A program made the position numbers and the translations under genes. DNA of 64,000 nucleotides from Squalus acanthias (lineage: Eukaryota), in NCBI GenBank assembly GCA_030390025.1, contig CM059431.1, positions 153,886,001 through 153,950,000 of the forward strand, written 5' to 3'. Below the pieces are notes generated by a model, which had not been told where the DNA came from, made no database searches, and saw only the letters and a list, made by a program, of their open reading frames with translations. Shown here in pieces: positions 13,418 through 25,276 of the stretch (positions are counted from its first letter, which is position 1; each line of letters opens with the position of its first letter).

Positions 13418-15085
13418 GTTACTCCCACAGTGCTGTTAGGGAGGGAGTACCCGGAATTCGATCCAACGACGATGACGGATCGTCGATATACTTCCATGTC
13501 AGGATGGTGTATGGCTTGGAGGCGAACTTGGAGATGGTGTTGTTCCCATGCGCCTGCTGCCTTGTCTTTCTAGGTGGTGGAGGTCGCGGGTTTGGAAGGT
13601 GCAGCCCAAGGAGCCTTGGCGAGTTGCTGCAGTGCATCAAGCGGGCTGCTTTGTCCAGGATGATGTCGAGTTTCATGAGTGTTGTTGATGCTGTATCATT
13701 CAGGCAAGTGCTGAGTATTCCATCACACTCTGTACTTCTGCCTTGTAGATGGTGGAAAGGCTTTGGGGAGTCAGGAGGTGAGACACTCGCCGCAGAATAC
13801 ACAGCCTCTGACCTGCTCATGTTGCCACAGCATTTATGTGGCTGGTCCAGTAAAATTTCTGGTCAAAGGTGACCCCCAGGATATTGATGGTGGGTCACTC
13901 GGCGATGGTAATGCCGTTGAATGTCAAGGTGCGTGGTTATACTCTCGCTTGTTGGAAATTGTTATTGCCTGGCAATTAGGTGCCGCCAACAGTACCTGCC
14001 ACTTATCAGCCCAAGCCGCAATGTCGTCCAGGTTTTGTTGCATGCTGGAATGGACTTCGTTATTATCTGAGGAATTGCGAAAGGCATGGAAAATTGTGCA
14101 ATTATCAGCGAACATCTCCGTTCATTACGTTATGTTGCAGGGAAGCTCATTGATGATGCAGCTGAAGATGTCTGGGCCTACGACACTTCCCTGAGGAATT
14201 CCTGCAGCGATGTCCTGGGGCTGTGATGATTGAACACCAACCACAACAAACATTTTCCTTTGTGCGAGGTATAACTCTAGCCAGTGTAGAGTTTTCCCCC
14301 GATTCCCATTGACTTCAGTTTTATCACGGTTCGTTGATGGCACACTCGGTCAAATGCTGCCTTGATGTCAAGGGCAGTCACTCTCACCTCACCTCTGGAA
14401 TTCAGCTCCTTTGTCCATGTTTGGCCCGATGCTGTAATGTGATCTGTAGCCGAGTTTTCCTGGTGGAACCCAAATTGGACTTCAGTGAATTGGTTATTAG
14501 TGAGAAAGTGCCGCTTGATCGCACTCTCGACGACATCTTCCATCACTTTGCTGATGATTGAGGTTAGACTGATGTGGCGGTAATTAACCGGTTTGTATTT
14601 GTCCTGCTTTTTCCGGACAGGACATACCTGGGCAGTTTTCCACATTTTGGGATAGATGCCAATTTTTTAGCTATACTGGAACAGCATGGCCAGAGGCGCC
14701 GCCAGTTTTGTAGCACAAGTCTTCGGCATGACAGGCGGGATGTTGTTGGGGCCCATAGCTGTAACCAATGCGCTCTGCCGTTTATTGATATCACGTGGAG
14801 TGAATCAAATTGGCTGAAGACTGTCTTCTGTGATGGCTGGCAACTTAGGAGTAGGCCGATCCGATATCGATCATTTACTCGACACTTCTGCCAGAAGACG
14901 GTCCTTTACGCATCAACTTTGTGTTCTGCACTCACGTGCTGGGATCCCCCATAATTTGAGGATTGCGATATGCATTGATAAACATAGTTGTTTAAGGGTT
15001 CAACTCAATTCACGGCTGGATGTGGCAGGACTGCAAATCTTTGATCGGATCTGTTGATTGTGGGATCGCTTAGTCCTGTCTATAG
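13418..15085 (-). mobile_element. L2/CR1-superclade LINE, RT region (distinct from the CR1 family here)
   Basis: ORFs 14277-14645 (WKTAQVCPVRKKQDK..NYRHISL, DIKAAFDRV), 14125-14343 (GIPQGSVVGPDIFSCIINEL), 13924-14115 (FADN..QQNLDDIAAWADKWQV). Confidence 0.88.
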
Positions 15086-15089
15086 GACG

Positions 15090-16450
15090 CTGTTTTGCAG
15101 TGAACAGCACCATCCGCTGTATATGATCTACTTTGACCTCACAAAACCGTCAACCGTGAGAGATTATGGCGTGTCCTCCTCCAATTCATCTGCCCTCAAA
15201 ATGTTGTCACCATCCTCCGCTTGTTCACGACGACATGCAAGCCGTGATCTTGAACAACGTATCCACCACAGATCCAATTCAAGTACGGGTTCAAACAAGG
15301 CTGTATCATCGCACAAACGCTGTTCTCGATCTTCCGGCTGCAATGCTCCAACTCATCCTCAGTAAGCTCCACGCTGGAGTTGAGCTAATCTACAGAACAA
15401 ATGATGAAACTGTTCAACCTCCGTCGCCTCCAGTCCAGATCCAAGGTTTACCCAACCTCTGTCATCGAATTACAGTATGCAGACGACGCTTGCATCTTTG
15501 CACACTCTCAGGTTGAACTCTAATCCATCGTCATCACCTTCACTGTAGCGTACGAGAGCATGGGCCTTACACTAAACATCCGTCACAAAAGGTCTTCTAC
15601 CAACCTGCCCCCCACCCCCCGACACAGTACAGCTCCACGATTATCATAGTGGACCACATTCCATACCTCGGGAGCCTACTGTCAACAAGGGCAGACGTCG
15701 ATGACAAAGTCCAACACCGCCTTCAGTGTGACAGTGCATCCATCGGTCGCCTGAGGAAGAGAGTGTTTCAAGAACAGGACCTCAATCCCAAAACCAAGCT
15801 CATGGTCTACAGAGTAGTAGTGGTACCCGCTCTCCTGTATGCTTCAGAGACATGGTCCATCTACAGCAGGCACATCAAAGCACTGGAGAGCTACCAGCAA
15901 CGCTTCCTCCGCATGATCCAACAAATCCATTGGCAGGATAGGCGCAGAAACGTCAGTGTTCTCACTCAGGCTAACATTCCCAGCAACGAAGCTTTGACCA
16001 CACTCGAGCAGCTCCGATGAACGGGCCACATCGTCCACATGTTCGATACGAGACTCCCAAAGCAAGTGCTCTACTCGGAGCTCCGACACGGCAAGAGAGC
16101 CCCAGGTGAGCAGTGGAAACGCTTCAAGGACACCCTCAAATCCTCCTTGAATCAGTGCAACATCCCCACCGATACCCTGGTATCCCTGGCCCAAGACCGC
16201 ACAAAGTGGAGGGGAAGCATCTGGGATGAGGCCAAACACCTCGAGCTCTTCGCCAGGAGCAAGCAGAAGCCAAGCGCAAACAGCAGAAGGAGCACACGTC
16301 AACCCAAGCACTCCACCCACCCGCCCCTTCAATCACCATATACCCCTCCTGTGACAGAAACTCTAGGTCCTGCATTGGAATCATCAGTCACCTGAGAACA
16401 CATTTTTAGTATGGAGGCAATTTTTCCTCGGTTCGCAGGGACTGCCTAAA
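15090..16450 (+). mobile_element. RTE-clade LINE, 5'-truncated, nested in the L2-like LINE
   Basis: ORFs 15649-16020 (YLGSLLS..TKLMVYRVVVVPALLYASETW) and 16039-16395 (RLPKQVLYSELRHGKR..RFKDTLK); 3' end GGGACTGCCTAA. Confidence 0.9.
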
Positions 16451-16461
16451 AATTTTGTTTT

Positions 16462-17200
16462 TGCATACATATAGTCCTATGCTGCAGCTTCCCCAGTTTG
16501 GCACCTCATTTTTTGGTACGCCTGGTGCGGCTCCCAGCATGCTCTTCTACACTCCTCATTGAACAGGCTTGATGGTAATTTTAGAGTGAGGGCTATGCCG
16601 GGCCATGAGGTTACAGATTGTGGTGGAATGCAATTCTGCTGCTGCTGATGGCCTCATGGAGGCCCAGTTTTGAGCTGATCGATCTGTTCTGAATATATCC
16701 CATTTAGCACGGTGGTAGTGCTACACAACACGATAGATGGTATCCTCAGTGTGAAGGGGGACTTCTTCTCCACAATGACTGTGCTGTGGTCACTGCTACC
16801 ATTAATCTCATGGAGAGATGCATCTGTGGCATGCAGCTTGGTGATGACAATTTCAAGCAGATGTTTCACTCGTGTTGGTTCTCTCACCACCTGATTGGCA
16901 GTTATATCATTCAAGACTCGTCCAGCTCAGTCAAGTTGGTGCTTTCGAACCACTCGGTGATAGACATTGACGTTCCCCACCCATAGTACATTCCGTGCCA
17001 TTGTTACTCTCTTTGATGTTTAATTTGGAACAGTACTGATTCATCAGTTGAGGGAGGGCGGCAGGTGGTAATCAGCAGGACGTTTTCTTGACCTGAATCC
17101 ATGAGACTTGTTGTCCGGAATCAATTTTGGTGAGTCCCAGGACCAATCCTTCCCGACTGTGCTGCCTCCACAGATGGGTCTGTCCTGCCGATGGGACAAG
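16462..17200 (-). mobile_element. L2/CR1-superclade LINE endonuclease region (5' part of the 13418-15085 element)
   Basis: ORF 16654-16914 (QVVREPTR..SSDHSTVIVE) is APE-type; minus strand near 17195 reads LSHRQDRPICGGS. Confidence 0.82.
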
Positions 17201-17202
17201 AA

Positions 17203-17410
17203 GTGTAAGGACGGTGTTTTCATTCGCTAAAGGAAATTAGTGAACCAGATTACTTTTTACGACAATCCGATAGTTCCATGCTCACTGATATTAGCTTTTT
17301 ATTTAATGAACTGATTTTAAATTCCCCAGCTCAAACTCAAGTCTCTGCATCATCAGTCCAGGTTTCTGGTTTACTTATCCAGTAACGTAAACACTATGCT
17401 GCTGATCCCG
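17203..17410 (-). mobile_element. tRNA-derived SINE-like head abutting the L2-like LINE
   Basis: Reverse complement begins GGGATCAGCAGCATAGTGTTTACGTTACTGG and is clearly homologous to the heads at 27530 and 39285. Confidence 0.7.
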
Positions 17411-17681
17411 GTATTGAATTTATTGGTGACCATATTATATTTATGATAATTGAACGCATTGTCAGCAGTAGCTTGTACCAGAGCCCACAGCACATCATTG
17501 TGGGTACAAATCAACATTTTAATTCGGTACAATTGGTTCAGCGAATACCTGAGCACGGAAGGTTCCTGCGATCTTTCCTTTGTTAGAAGGGAAAAGCTAA
17601 ACTTTTCCGGAGAAACACATATCAAAATCATCTTGGTTAGACGACACTTGAAGTACGGCGCACATTTATGGTGCTCATATT

Positions 17682-18422
17682 GGCCCAGAAATTGATCTCG
17701 CTCTGTTCCCGCGGGGGTAAGGCTTTCCCGCGGTCTCTCACCTCGCTTGTGCTTTTTCAGATCCAGCTCGCACGAACTTAATGTTCTAGTGATCAGCTGG
17801 GCAGTGCTTGCGTATCCCAGCGGCGTAGTGAATTCGTGCGAGCTGTGAGATCACGTGACTCAGTTAGAGCCAATGGCAGCACAACATCTTCCATTCATAA
17901 GTTTCACTTGAGTGCAGTGAAATCTATGAATCTTACAACCCCCCAAAAAAACAGCTAAACCTCAATTAAATTAAAAAAAACCTTCACATTAATAAAATAA
18001 GTATAGTTAATTAAATTAACCATTTTAAATAAAAAATTAAATTTTTGAAAAAATTTAAAATCTTTTAAAAAGTTATAAAAAAAAACTTATCTGTCTTTAA
18101 ATTCTCTAAAAAAGATATACCTGTTAAAAAAAATTCAAAAAAATACTTAATTCACTACTTACCTTCTTAAAAGTGGGTCTTACTCCTCCTTTTTACATTT
18201 CTAAAATCTTCAGTACTTACCTGCGCGTCCAAAGCATGAAGTGCACAGCGTGCGCGCAGCCTGTAGCGCGCACGCGATGCACCGAGGAACCGCCCCCTTT
18301 TCAAAAGAGCAATTGCCGGTTTTCAGCGCATGCGCAGTGCATGCAGAAAACCGGCAATTGGAGTGGGAATACGCGAGAGTACGCAGTGCGTACTCTCGCG
18401 TCGGGGGATCAATTTCTGGGCC
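17682..18422. mobile_element. Non-autonomous PIF/Harbinger-type element (MITE), complete copy A
   Basis: Perfect 16-bp TIRs GGCCCAGAAATTGATC / GATCAATTTCTGGGCC; 3-bp TSD ATT at 17679-81 and 18423-25; AT-rich interior; two hairpins at 18310-18360 and 18371-18401. Confidence 0.9.
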
Positions 18423-18675
18423 ATTGTTTCCTGATAGATCGATTATCAATCTATCGATAATTTCACGAATTATTGACTGTAATCGATTGAGAGTTCTCGA
18501 TCTATTAAAGATTCCCAATCCTTTCGCTGATCCCAATCCAGTGAATGAGACAGCAATTTGTTGGTCCAGGCCTGGCGGGGGCCACAGTGGGGTCGCTCTG
18601 GCTGCCCGTACCAGGGAGCAGGGACCACCTGGTGTATGCTTGAGTCCATTCCCGACCGGGGGCATCGCAAGATAT

Positions 18676-19560
18676 AATCATAGAATCATACAAATTTAAA
18701 GCACAGAAGGAGGCCAATCGTCCCATCTTGTCCCTGGCGACCGACAAAGAGTTATCCATCCTAATCCCACGTGACAGGGCTTGGTCCGTAGCCTTGTAGG
18801 TTATTGCACTTCAAGTGCATATACTAGTACTTTTTAAATGTGATGAAGCTCTCTGGTTCTAACACTTTTCAGGCAGTGAGTTCCAGATCCCCACCAACCT
18901 CTGTGTGGAAACATTTCTCCTCCAATCCACTCGAAACCTGCGTCCAATGACTTTAAATCTATGCCCCCTGGTTATTGAACCTTGTGCTAAGGGAAATAGA
19001 TCCTTCCTATCCACACTATCTCGGCCCATCATAAATTTATACACCTCAATTACGTCTCCCCTGAGCCTCCTCTGTTCCTAAGAAAACAACCCCAGCCTCT
19101 CCAATCTTTCCTCATAGCTAAAATTCCCGAGACCAGGCAACATCGACGTAAATCTCCTCTTGACCCTCTCTAGTTCAATCAAATCCTTCCTGTAATGTGG
19201 TGACCAGATGTCAACGCAGTATTCTAGCTGCGGCGTAACTAGTGTTTTAGACAGTTCAAGCATAATTTCCCTGCTCTTATATTCTATGCCTCGGCTAATA
19301 AAGGCAAGTATCGTGTATGACTTCTTAACCACCTTATCTACCTGTCCTGCTACCTTCAGTGATCTGAGGACATGCACTCCAAGATCGCTCTGATCTTCTG
19401 CACTTCTCAGTGTCCTACCATTTAATTTGTATTCCTTTGCCTTGCTGGCCCTCCCCAAATGCATTACCTCAATCTTCTCCAGAGTGAATTCCATTTGCCG
19501 CTGCTCTGCCCACCTGACCAGTTCATTGATATCTTCCTGCAGTCTGCAGATTTTTTCTTG
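18676..19560 (-). mobile_element. CR1 LINE 3' fragment
   Basis: ORFs 19078-19494 and 18859-19044 are CR1 C-terminal; ATCATAGAATCATA tail. Confidence 0.9.
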
Positions 19561-19986
19561 ATTGCAATATAATTAAATATCAAGGGCTGCGTATAACGGG
19601 CAGCTGATCCGATCCGATACCGACAGTTTTTCTCCACCGCCCGAGACGAATTTCCAGCCTATTGTTTTTTTTAGCGATCAATAAGCATATCCTCATTTAG
19701 TTGGGATGGTATCCTTTTGTTTTGGTGGCACCTGATGCTTATTTTGCATCTTTTTATTTTGATGGCACCATCGCATATGCCTACAAGGGGCATTTGTGAT
19801 GGTTTTTGTTGCGTGATCCTGGTGAAACCCACTGTGACACTTATTGGTTCATCAAAAAGGCCCAAATCTAGTAATGTTTCCCATCCATTGCTGTTTCATT
19901 TAGAAGTGAGCGATCTCGAGCCTATTTCAATTGGATTTTGGACTGTCCCTGTGCCTGTGGCTTCTCTCGGTCACTTTCTCAGCGGC

Positions 19987-20470
19987 TAAGAACATAAGAA
20001 CATAATAATTAGGAGCAGGAGTAGGCCGAGCGGCCCCTCAAGCCTGCTCCACCATTCAATAAGATCATGACTGATCTTTTACATCAACTCCATCTTACCC
20101 ACTATCTCCATTTCCCTCGATTCCCTTAGTGGCCACAAATCTATCGAACTCAGCCTTGAAAATGCTCAACGACTGAGCATCCACAGCCCTCTGGGCTAGA
20201 GAATTGCAAATATTCACAACCGTCTGAGTGAATACATTTCTTCTCATCTCAGTCGTAAATGGCCGCCCCCTTCATCCTGAAACTATGACTCCTAGTTGTA
20301 TATCCTCCAGCCAGGGGCAACATCCGCTCAGCATCTAACCTGCTAAGCTCTCTAAGAATTTCATACGTTTCAGTGAGATCACACCTCTTCTTCCAAGCTA
20401 CAGAAAATATAGGCCTATTCTACACCATGACTACTCAAAGGACATCCCTCTTATCGCAGGAATCAGTCTA
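19987..20470 (-). mobile_element. CR1 LINE 3' fragment
   Basis: (TAAGAACA)n tail followed by AGGAGCAGGAGTAGGCC, the reverse complement of the CR1 3' motif. Confidence 0.85.
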
Positions 20471-20519
20471 GTAGAAGGGAAAACGAGACTGAATTGTGTC
20501 ACCATTCCCTGCGAAATTG

Positions 20520-21880
20520 TACCTGTCGAGACTCAGAGTACTCTCGGCTAATGGGCGAGGCAGATGCAAAGCTTGCCCTGTGTTTTGCGGAGGGCGAGAG
20601 TACCATGTGCTATGTAGAGTGTCAGATTACCTTGTGATGATATGTAGAGGTTAATAGTACCTTGGGTATAAAAAGGAAAATAGTACACTGGTATATTGGC
20701 CTGAAGAGTCTAGGAGTTCTCTGGTTTATTGGGCCTGTAGAGGTTCAGAGTGCCCTGGGCTATAAAGAAGGATAACGTACCCTGAGCTATTGAATCTGCA
20801 GAGTGTCAGATTTCCCCGGGGCTATTGGATCTGTGGAGGATGAGAGTGCCCTGGGTTATATAGACGTTCAGATTACTTGTGCTATTAGGCCTATATATTC
20901 TCAGACTACCTTTGGCTATGCAGTAGGTCAGAATTCCCTGGGCTTTTGCGCATGTACTGTGTCGTAGTTCCCTAGGAAATTGAGGCTGTAGTTCGTCAGC
21001 TTTTGGGGCAGTAGAGACTCAGAGTACCCTTGGATATTGAGTCTGTAAAGGATCAGAGCGCCAACGTGCAATGGGCAATGATAAGGTTCAGTGTACCCTC
21101 AGCTACTGGACTGATAGTGAACTGGAAAGCATTGCTTGAAAGGCTGGTGGATGAAGACTGAACAGTAACATTCAAAAGAAAATTGGAAAAATACATGAAG
21201 GAAAGCAATTTCAGGGCTATGATGAAAGAAAAGGTGAGTACGACTAATTGGATAGTTCTACAGAAGAGCTGGCACAGGCACGATGGGCGGAATTGCCTCC
21301 TCTGTATTGGCCCTGTAGTATTTCAGAGTACCCTAGGCTATGAAGTGTTCAAAAGCATTCTGGGGTATATAGAGGACTCCCTTGGCTACTGGGCTGTATA
21401 GACGGCCAGTCTAGCCTGAGCAAATCAGTGGTTCAGTCGTCCTGGGCTATTGCTCCTGCAGAGGAACAGCCTGCCCTGGGCAATACAGAAGGTCAGAGTA
21501 TCTTCTGCTATTGGGCCTGTAAAGGGTCAGAATGCTATGTGCTGTTGGGCCTGCAGAGGTTCCGTTTAACTTCTGCTATTGGGCCTGTAGAGTGTCAGAG
21601 ATTCCTGTGCAATTGGGACTGTAGTGGCTCAGAGCACCCTGGATATTGGGCCAATAGAATGTCAGCGTTCCCTGGGCTATTGGGTCTTGGGTGGGTCAGA
21701 GTACCTTGGGCTAGGCATCGACTCAGCATATCCATGGCTACTGGGAATGCTTAGGGTTAGAGTACCCCGGGCTATGTCGAGGATAAGATTCCCTGGCCAA
21801 TGAGCATGTGGATGCTCAGTCAACCCTGAGGCTATTGGATATGCAAGGGTCAGAGTATCCTGGGCTATTGGCTTCCTGGG
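20520..21880 (+). repeat. Degenerate ~34-bp minisatellite array 1
   Basis: Recurrent GTCAGAGTACCCTGGGCTATTGGGCCTGTAGAGG-like units plus shorter ~22-bp variants; interrupted by a CR1 3' fragment near 21120-21305. Confidence 0.9.
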
Positions 21881-21903
21881 ATGTTACATCTCTAACTTTT
21901 ACC

Positions 21904-21940
21904 AGTTCTGATGAAAGGTCTTCGAGCTGAAACGTTAACT
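21904..21940 (+). ncRNA. Minimal type I hammerhead-ribozyme-like motif in a Penelope pseudo-LTR fragment (about 21881-22000)
   Basis: AGTT CTGATGA A AGGTC TTC GAGCT GAAA CGTT AACT: stem I AGTT/AACT, core CUGAUGA and GAAA, stem II with one G-G mismatch, palindromic ACGT stem III. Confidence 0.65.
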
Positions 21941-22384
21941 TTGTCACTCTCTCCACATTTGCTGCCTGACCTGCTGAGTATTTCCAGCATTTTTTGATTT
22001 TCTTCACCATATCATTGTTCAGTTCCTTGCAGAGTAATTCCATGGCATCAGTGAACTCTACCGCTCTACAAACTAAATTTTCAATAGTTTTATCAATATG
22101 TATCAAAAGATTATTACAAATCAAATTATTCATGTAAAAATAATGGCAAAATGCATGCCTTTCAAATTGGGACGGAATTATATCCGCCCATCTCTGGAAT
22201 AACTCCTCTTCACTTGAGGACATCAACTTCGTGGAAACATTCTTGTCTCTGAGTCACACCGTGCACAGTTCCATCACCAATCTCAGCGAGCTGAGACCTG
22301 AACTCCGGCTCTGAATTCTGTGATAACATCCAACGGCAACAGTAGAAGCATTACCGGGACTTGCTGGCATTAAAAAATGGGAGC

Positions 22385-22776
22385 AGTGTTTATGATCTAA
22401 TGTCGTTGAATATAGTGTTCGTTCCGGAGGGTTGTGAAGTGCCTAATCAAAAGATGATGTACCATTCCGCGACCTTCCGATGAGCATCATTGGCCGAGCA
22501 CAACGAGGTCACCGTGGGATGGAGAATTATAATGGCAAGCCAAAAGGAAGCTCAGGGTCACGCTTGCGGAGTGAACAGAGGTGTTCAGCAAAGCGATGAT
22601 TGATTCTGCACTGGTCTCCCCACTGCAGTGGAGACCACGTCGTCATCAGCGAATACAGTATAATAAATTGAAAGAATTACTAGTATATCGCTGTCTAACC
22701 TGAATGGAGTACTTCGGTCCCTGGACAGTGGTAAGGGAGGAATGGAAAGGACAGGTGTTGCATCTCCTGCGCTCGC
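22385..22776 (-). mobile_element. Penelope-like element, GIY-YIG endonuclease fragment (degraded)
   Basis: Minus-strand translation RRCNTCPFHSSLTTVQGPKYSIQVRQRYTSNSFNLLYCIR**RRGLHCSGET..RFAEHL..HRKVAEWYIIF*LGTSQPSGTNTIFNDIRS*. Confidence 0.88.
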
Positions 22777-22903
22777 TTGTGGTTTCTTTTCTCTCTGGAG
22801 CACATCCCGAAAATGTTCAAAAATTGGCCTGATTAAATAGAGTATCACCTACAAAATATACACAACACAATTGCATCAAACAATCTTCATGTTAAGTAAT
22901 CAT

Positions 22904-22991
22904 TTATTCTGTAATTACAGTCAAATGACCCGATACACTGACCGACTTCAGATTTGTCAGTCCTTCTGCAGAGAATTAATTGTGAGTCAAA
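22904..22991 (-). pseudogene. NLR terminal LRR-cap exon
   Basis: tttttcag|T LTHN*FSAEGLTNLKSVSVSGHLTVITE*; premature TAA at 22978-22976, natural stop at 22906-22904. Confidence 0.8.
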
Positions 22992-23235
22992 CTGAAAAAT
23001 ATTAAAATAACGAAAAAAAATTATCGATACGGAGTCTACTCTTCCGTTCACTGTGAGTAGCAATATTATTAAATTCATTCAAAATAAATGTGTTTACACA
23101 TGCGAAGGAGATTAATTTTCCACAAAATAATGATATAATTTTCCCCATATCTGGTCTATTCAAATTAAAATAACGAAAATACATTTTACACGTGAAAGAA
23201 CATTTAAATATTAAATAGGTAACTCGGAAACTCAC

Positions 23236-23427
23236 CTGATTTCCTTGAGATTAGCTCTACTCTGGATGAGATGGCGCAATGCCGGAACAGAATTATCAGT
23301 CAGTCTGTTGGCCCGTTCGCCATCCTGATTTTCGTTCCTCAGATCGAGCTCGATGAGTGAACCATTTTCACGGAGGGCAGAAACCAGATTTTCCACACAA
23401 TGATCTGTGAGATCGTTAGATTTTCAC
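23236..23427 (-). pseudogene. NLR LRR exon (192 nt)
   Basis: ctgcag|G TGA(stop) KSNDLTDHCVENLVSALRENGSLIELDLRNENQDGERANRLTDNSVPALRHLIQSRANLKEI AG|gtgagt. Confidence 0.9.
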
Positions 23428-23691
23428 CTGCAGTGACCGAAAAATAAACAGAAATTATACAAGACGCTCACACATTAAAAACATCACCACTTGCTAATAA
23501 TTACTGTGAAATTTCAGAAACACGGGAGAAACCTTTTGATATGTGCCTTTTTTTCCTGTTTCTAAATTATTTTCATCTTAATGTTAATTGAAAAGTGAGC
23601 TGCCTGATCATCATTAACACACTAATTAGAATTATTATAGATGAATAACTTTCCAGTTGTGCTGTTCTATATATTAACCGTAATTACTCAC

Positions 23692-23778
23692 TCCAATCTC
23701 GGAATGTTACCATCACTTTTATTCAGAACGGCAGAGAGCCGTTTCACTCCCGAATCTCCCAGTTTATTCTCATTGAGT
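23692..23778 (-). pseudogene. NLR LRR exon (87 nt)
   Basis: LNENKLGDSGVKRLSAVLNKSDGNIPRLE; donor gtgagt; acceptor reads tttcg instead of tttcag. Confidence 0.9.
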
Positions 23779-24624
23779 CGAAACACAAATAACCAAAATC
23801 AATAATTGATAGGTAGCAATGCAACAGATAGGAAATATTCGTAATTAAATAATGTATTTAACGTGGACACTTTGGATATCCAAGACGCGAATATAAGACC
23901 CGTAATTCAAATTCAATTTAGTTATAGCGCATGCGGTCAAATCAGTGACAATCACAAAGTGTACTTGTTTTATCGGGAAGTTACTCTAATGCCCGTGGTC
24001 ATGATTTAAACATACATTATAAAATTATTACATTTAATGTAGTCACTGTGTGGTTAGCAGATTAATTGCTGTAAATCGTAGCCTGCAATGAAGAGGAATC
24101 CACGACATATGTCTCTCACAGGACGGTTCTCTTCATTAATTGGAGAATTTAGGGTAAAATTAGAGACCGTCTCTTTGATCTTGTCTCTATTTTAGGAAAG
24201 TTATCTATCTGATGCATTGAGGTTCACAAATGCCCTTAAATCATCCCCAAGTCTATTGGAGAATCCACTGATGGGGATTGTAACAGATCGCTCGAATGTG
24301 CATCAGAGCGGGTGGAGTGATATTCCCTCTCACTTTCCTTCCCTCCGGACCTCTGATGATGCCGTGGCGCAGCAGTGCGGCTGGAGAGAGTACTCAGAAT
24401 TTGAGCAATCGCAGACGCGAACCCACATCTAACTGTTTCATTTGGCAGCATTGACCTCAAAAACAACATTATTGATTAGGCAAATCTGATCTGATCGAGG
24501 AATTGGGAATTTTAGAAAAGTACAGTTAAAACTCGCTTATAAATTATTCAAACTGCAAAACATAACAATGTTATTTGGTTACAGTTTAAAATAAAACAGA
24601 TATTTTGTCACTGACAATGTGGAA

Positions 24625-24915
24625 TTGGCACAAGGTTCAGTAAGCAGAGGACACCGATTTAACGTAATTGGCTAAAAAGCCGGAGGTGACATGAGGGAAA
24701 CCATTTATGGAGCTAGTTGTTAGGATCTGGAATGCCCTGCCTGAAAGGCTGGTGGAATCAGATACAGTAGTAGCTTTCCAAAGGGAATTGTATAAATACT
24801 TGTAAGGGATAAATATGCAGGGCTATGGGGAAAGAGCAGGGGGGTGGGACTAATTGGATAGCTCTTTCAAAAACCGGCATAATCACGATGGGCTGTACGA
24901 TTCTGTGAATCTATG
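24625..24915 (+). mobile_element. CR1 3' fragment within an NLR intron
   Basis: CR1 C-terminal/3' UTR sequence (GATCTGGAATGCCCTGCCTGAAAGG..GGGCTATGGGGAAAGAGCAGGGG). Confidence 0.8.
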
Positions 24916-25276
24916 AAATGGTAACCTTCTACGAAGAGCGATCTAATATATAATGATTAAAGGGTCGGGGAATATATCTTACTGATTAATCCGGATTCTC
25001 CGGTGGTGCGAAGAGTGCGCTGGATTCCAATGTAATGTTGCCAACATCCAATCTGATCTAATTAAATGAGCAGCGCAGCAATTTCAGGCATTACCCGAAC
25101 AGACACTCCGGTGCCGTCTCTTACGGTTCCATTTAACCCAGCAGATAGTGGAATGAGAGAATGTGTTCATTAATTGATCGAATTGAGTTAATGTTGTTGC
25201 TTTTAACTAATATTATCCCACGTGCCAGTAAAACAGTAGTTGTTGATAATGCTATTTAACGTATTCAGTGAATTAA

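Noticed and set aside
18173..18699. Overlapping 95-152 aa ORFs on both strands
   Set aside because: Explained by GC-rich palindromic MITE sequence poor in stop codons.
21816..22226. 136-aa minus-strand ORF downstream of the NLR
   Set aside because: Runs through the Penelope pseudo-LTR fragment and the satellite; no recognisable domain.
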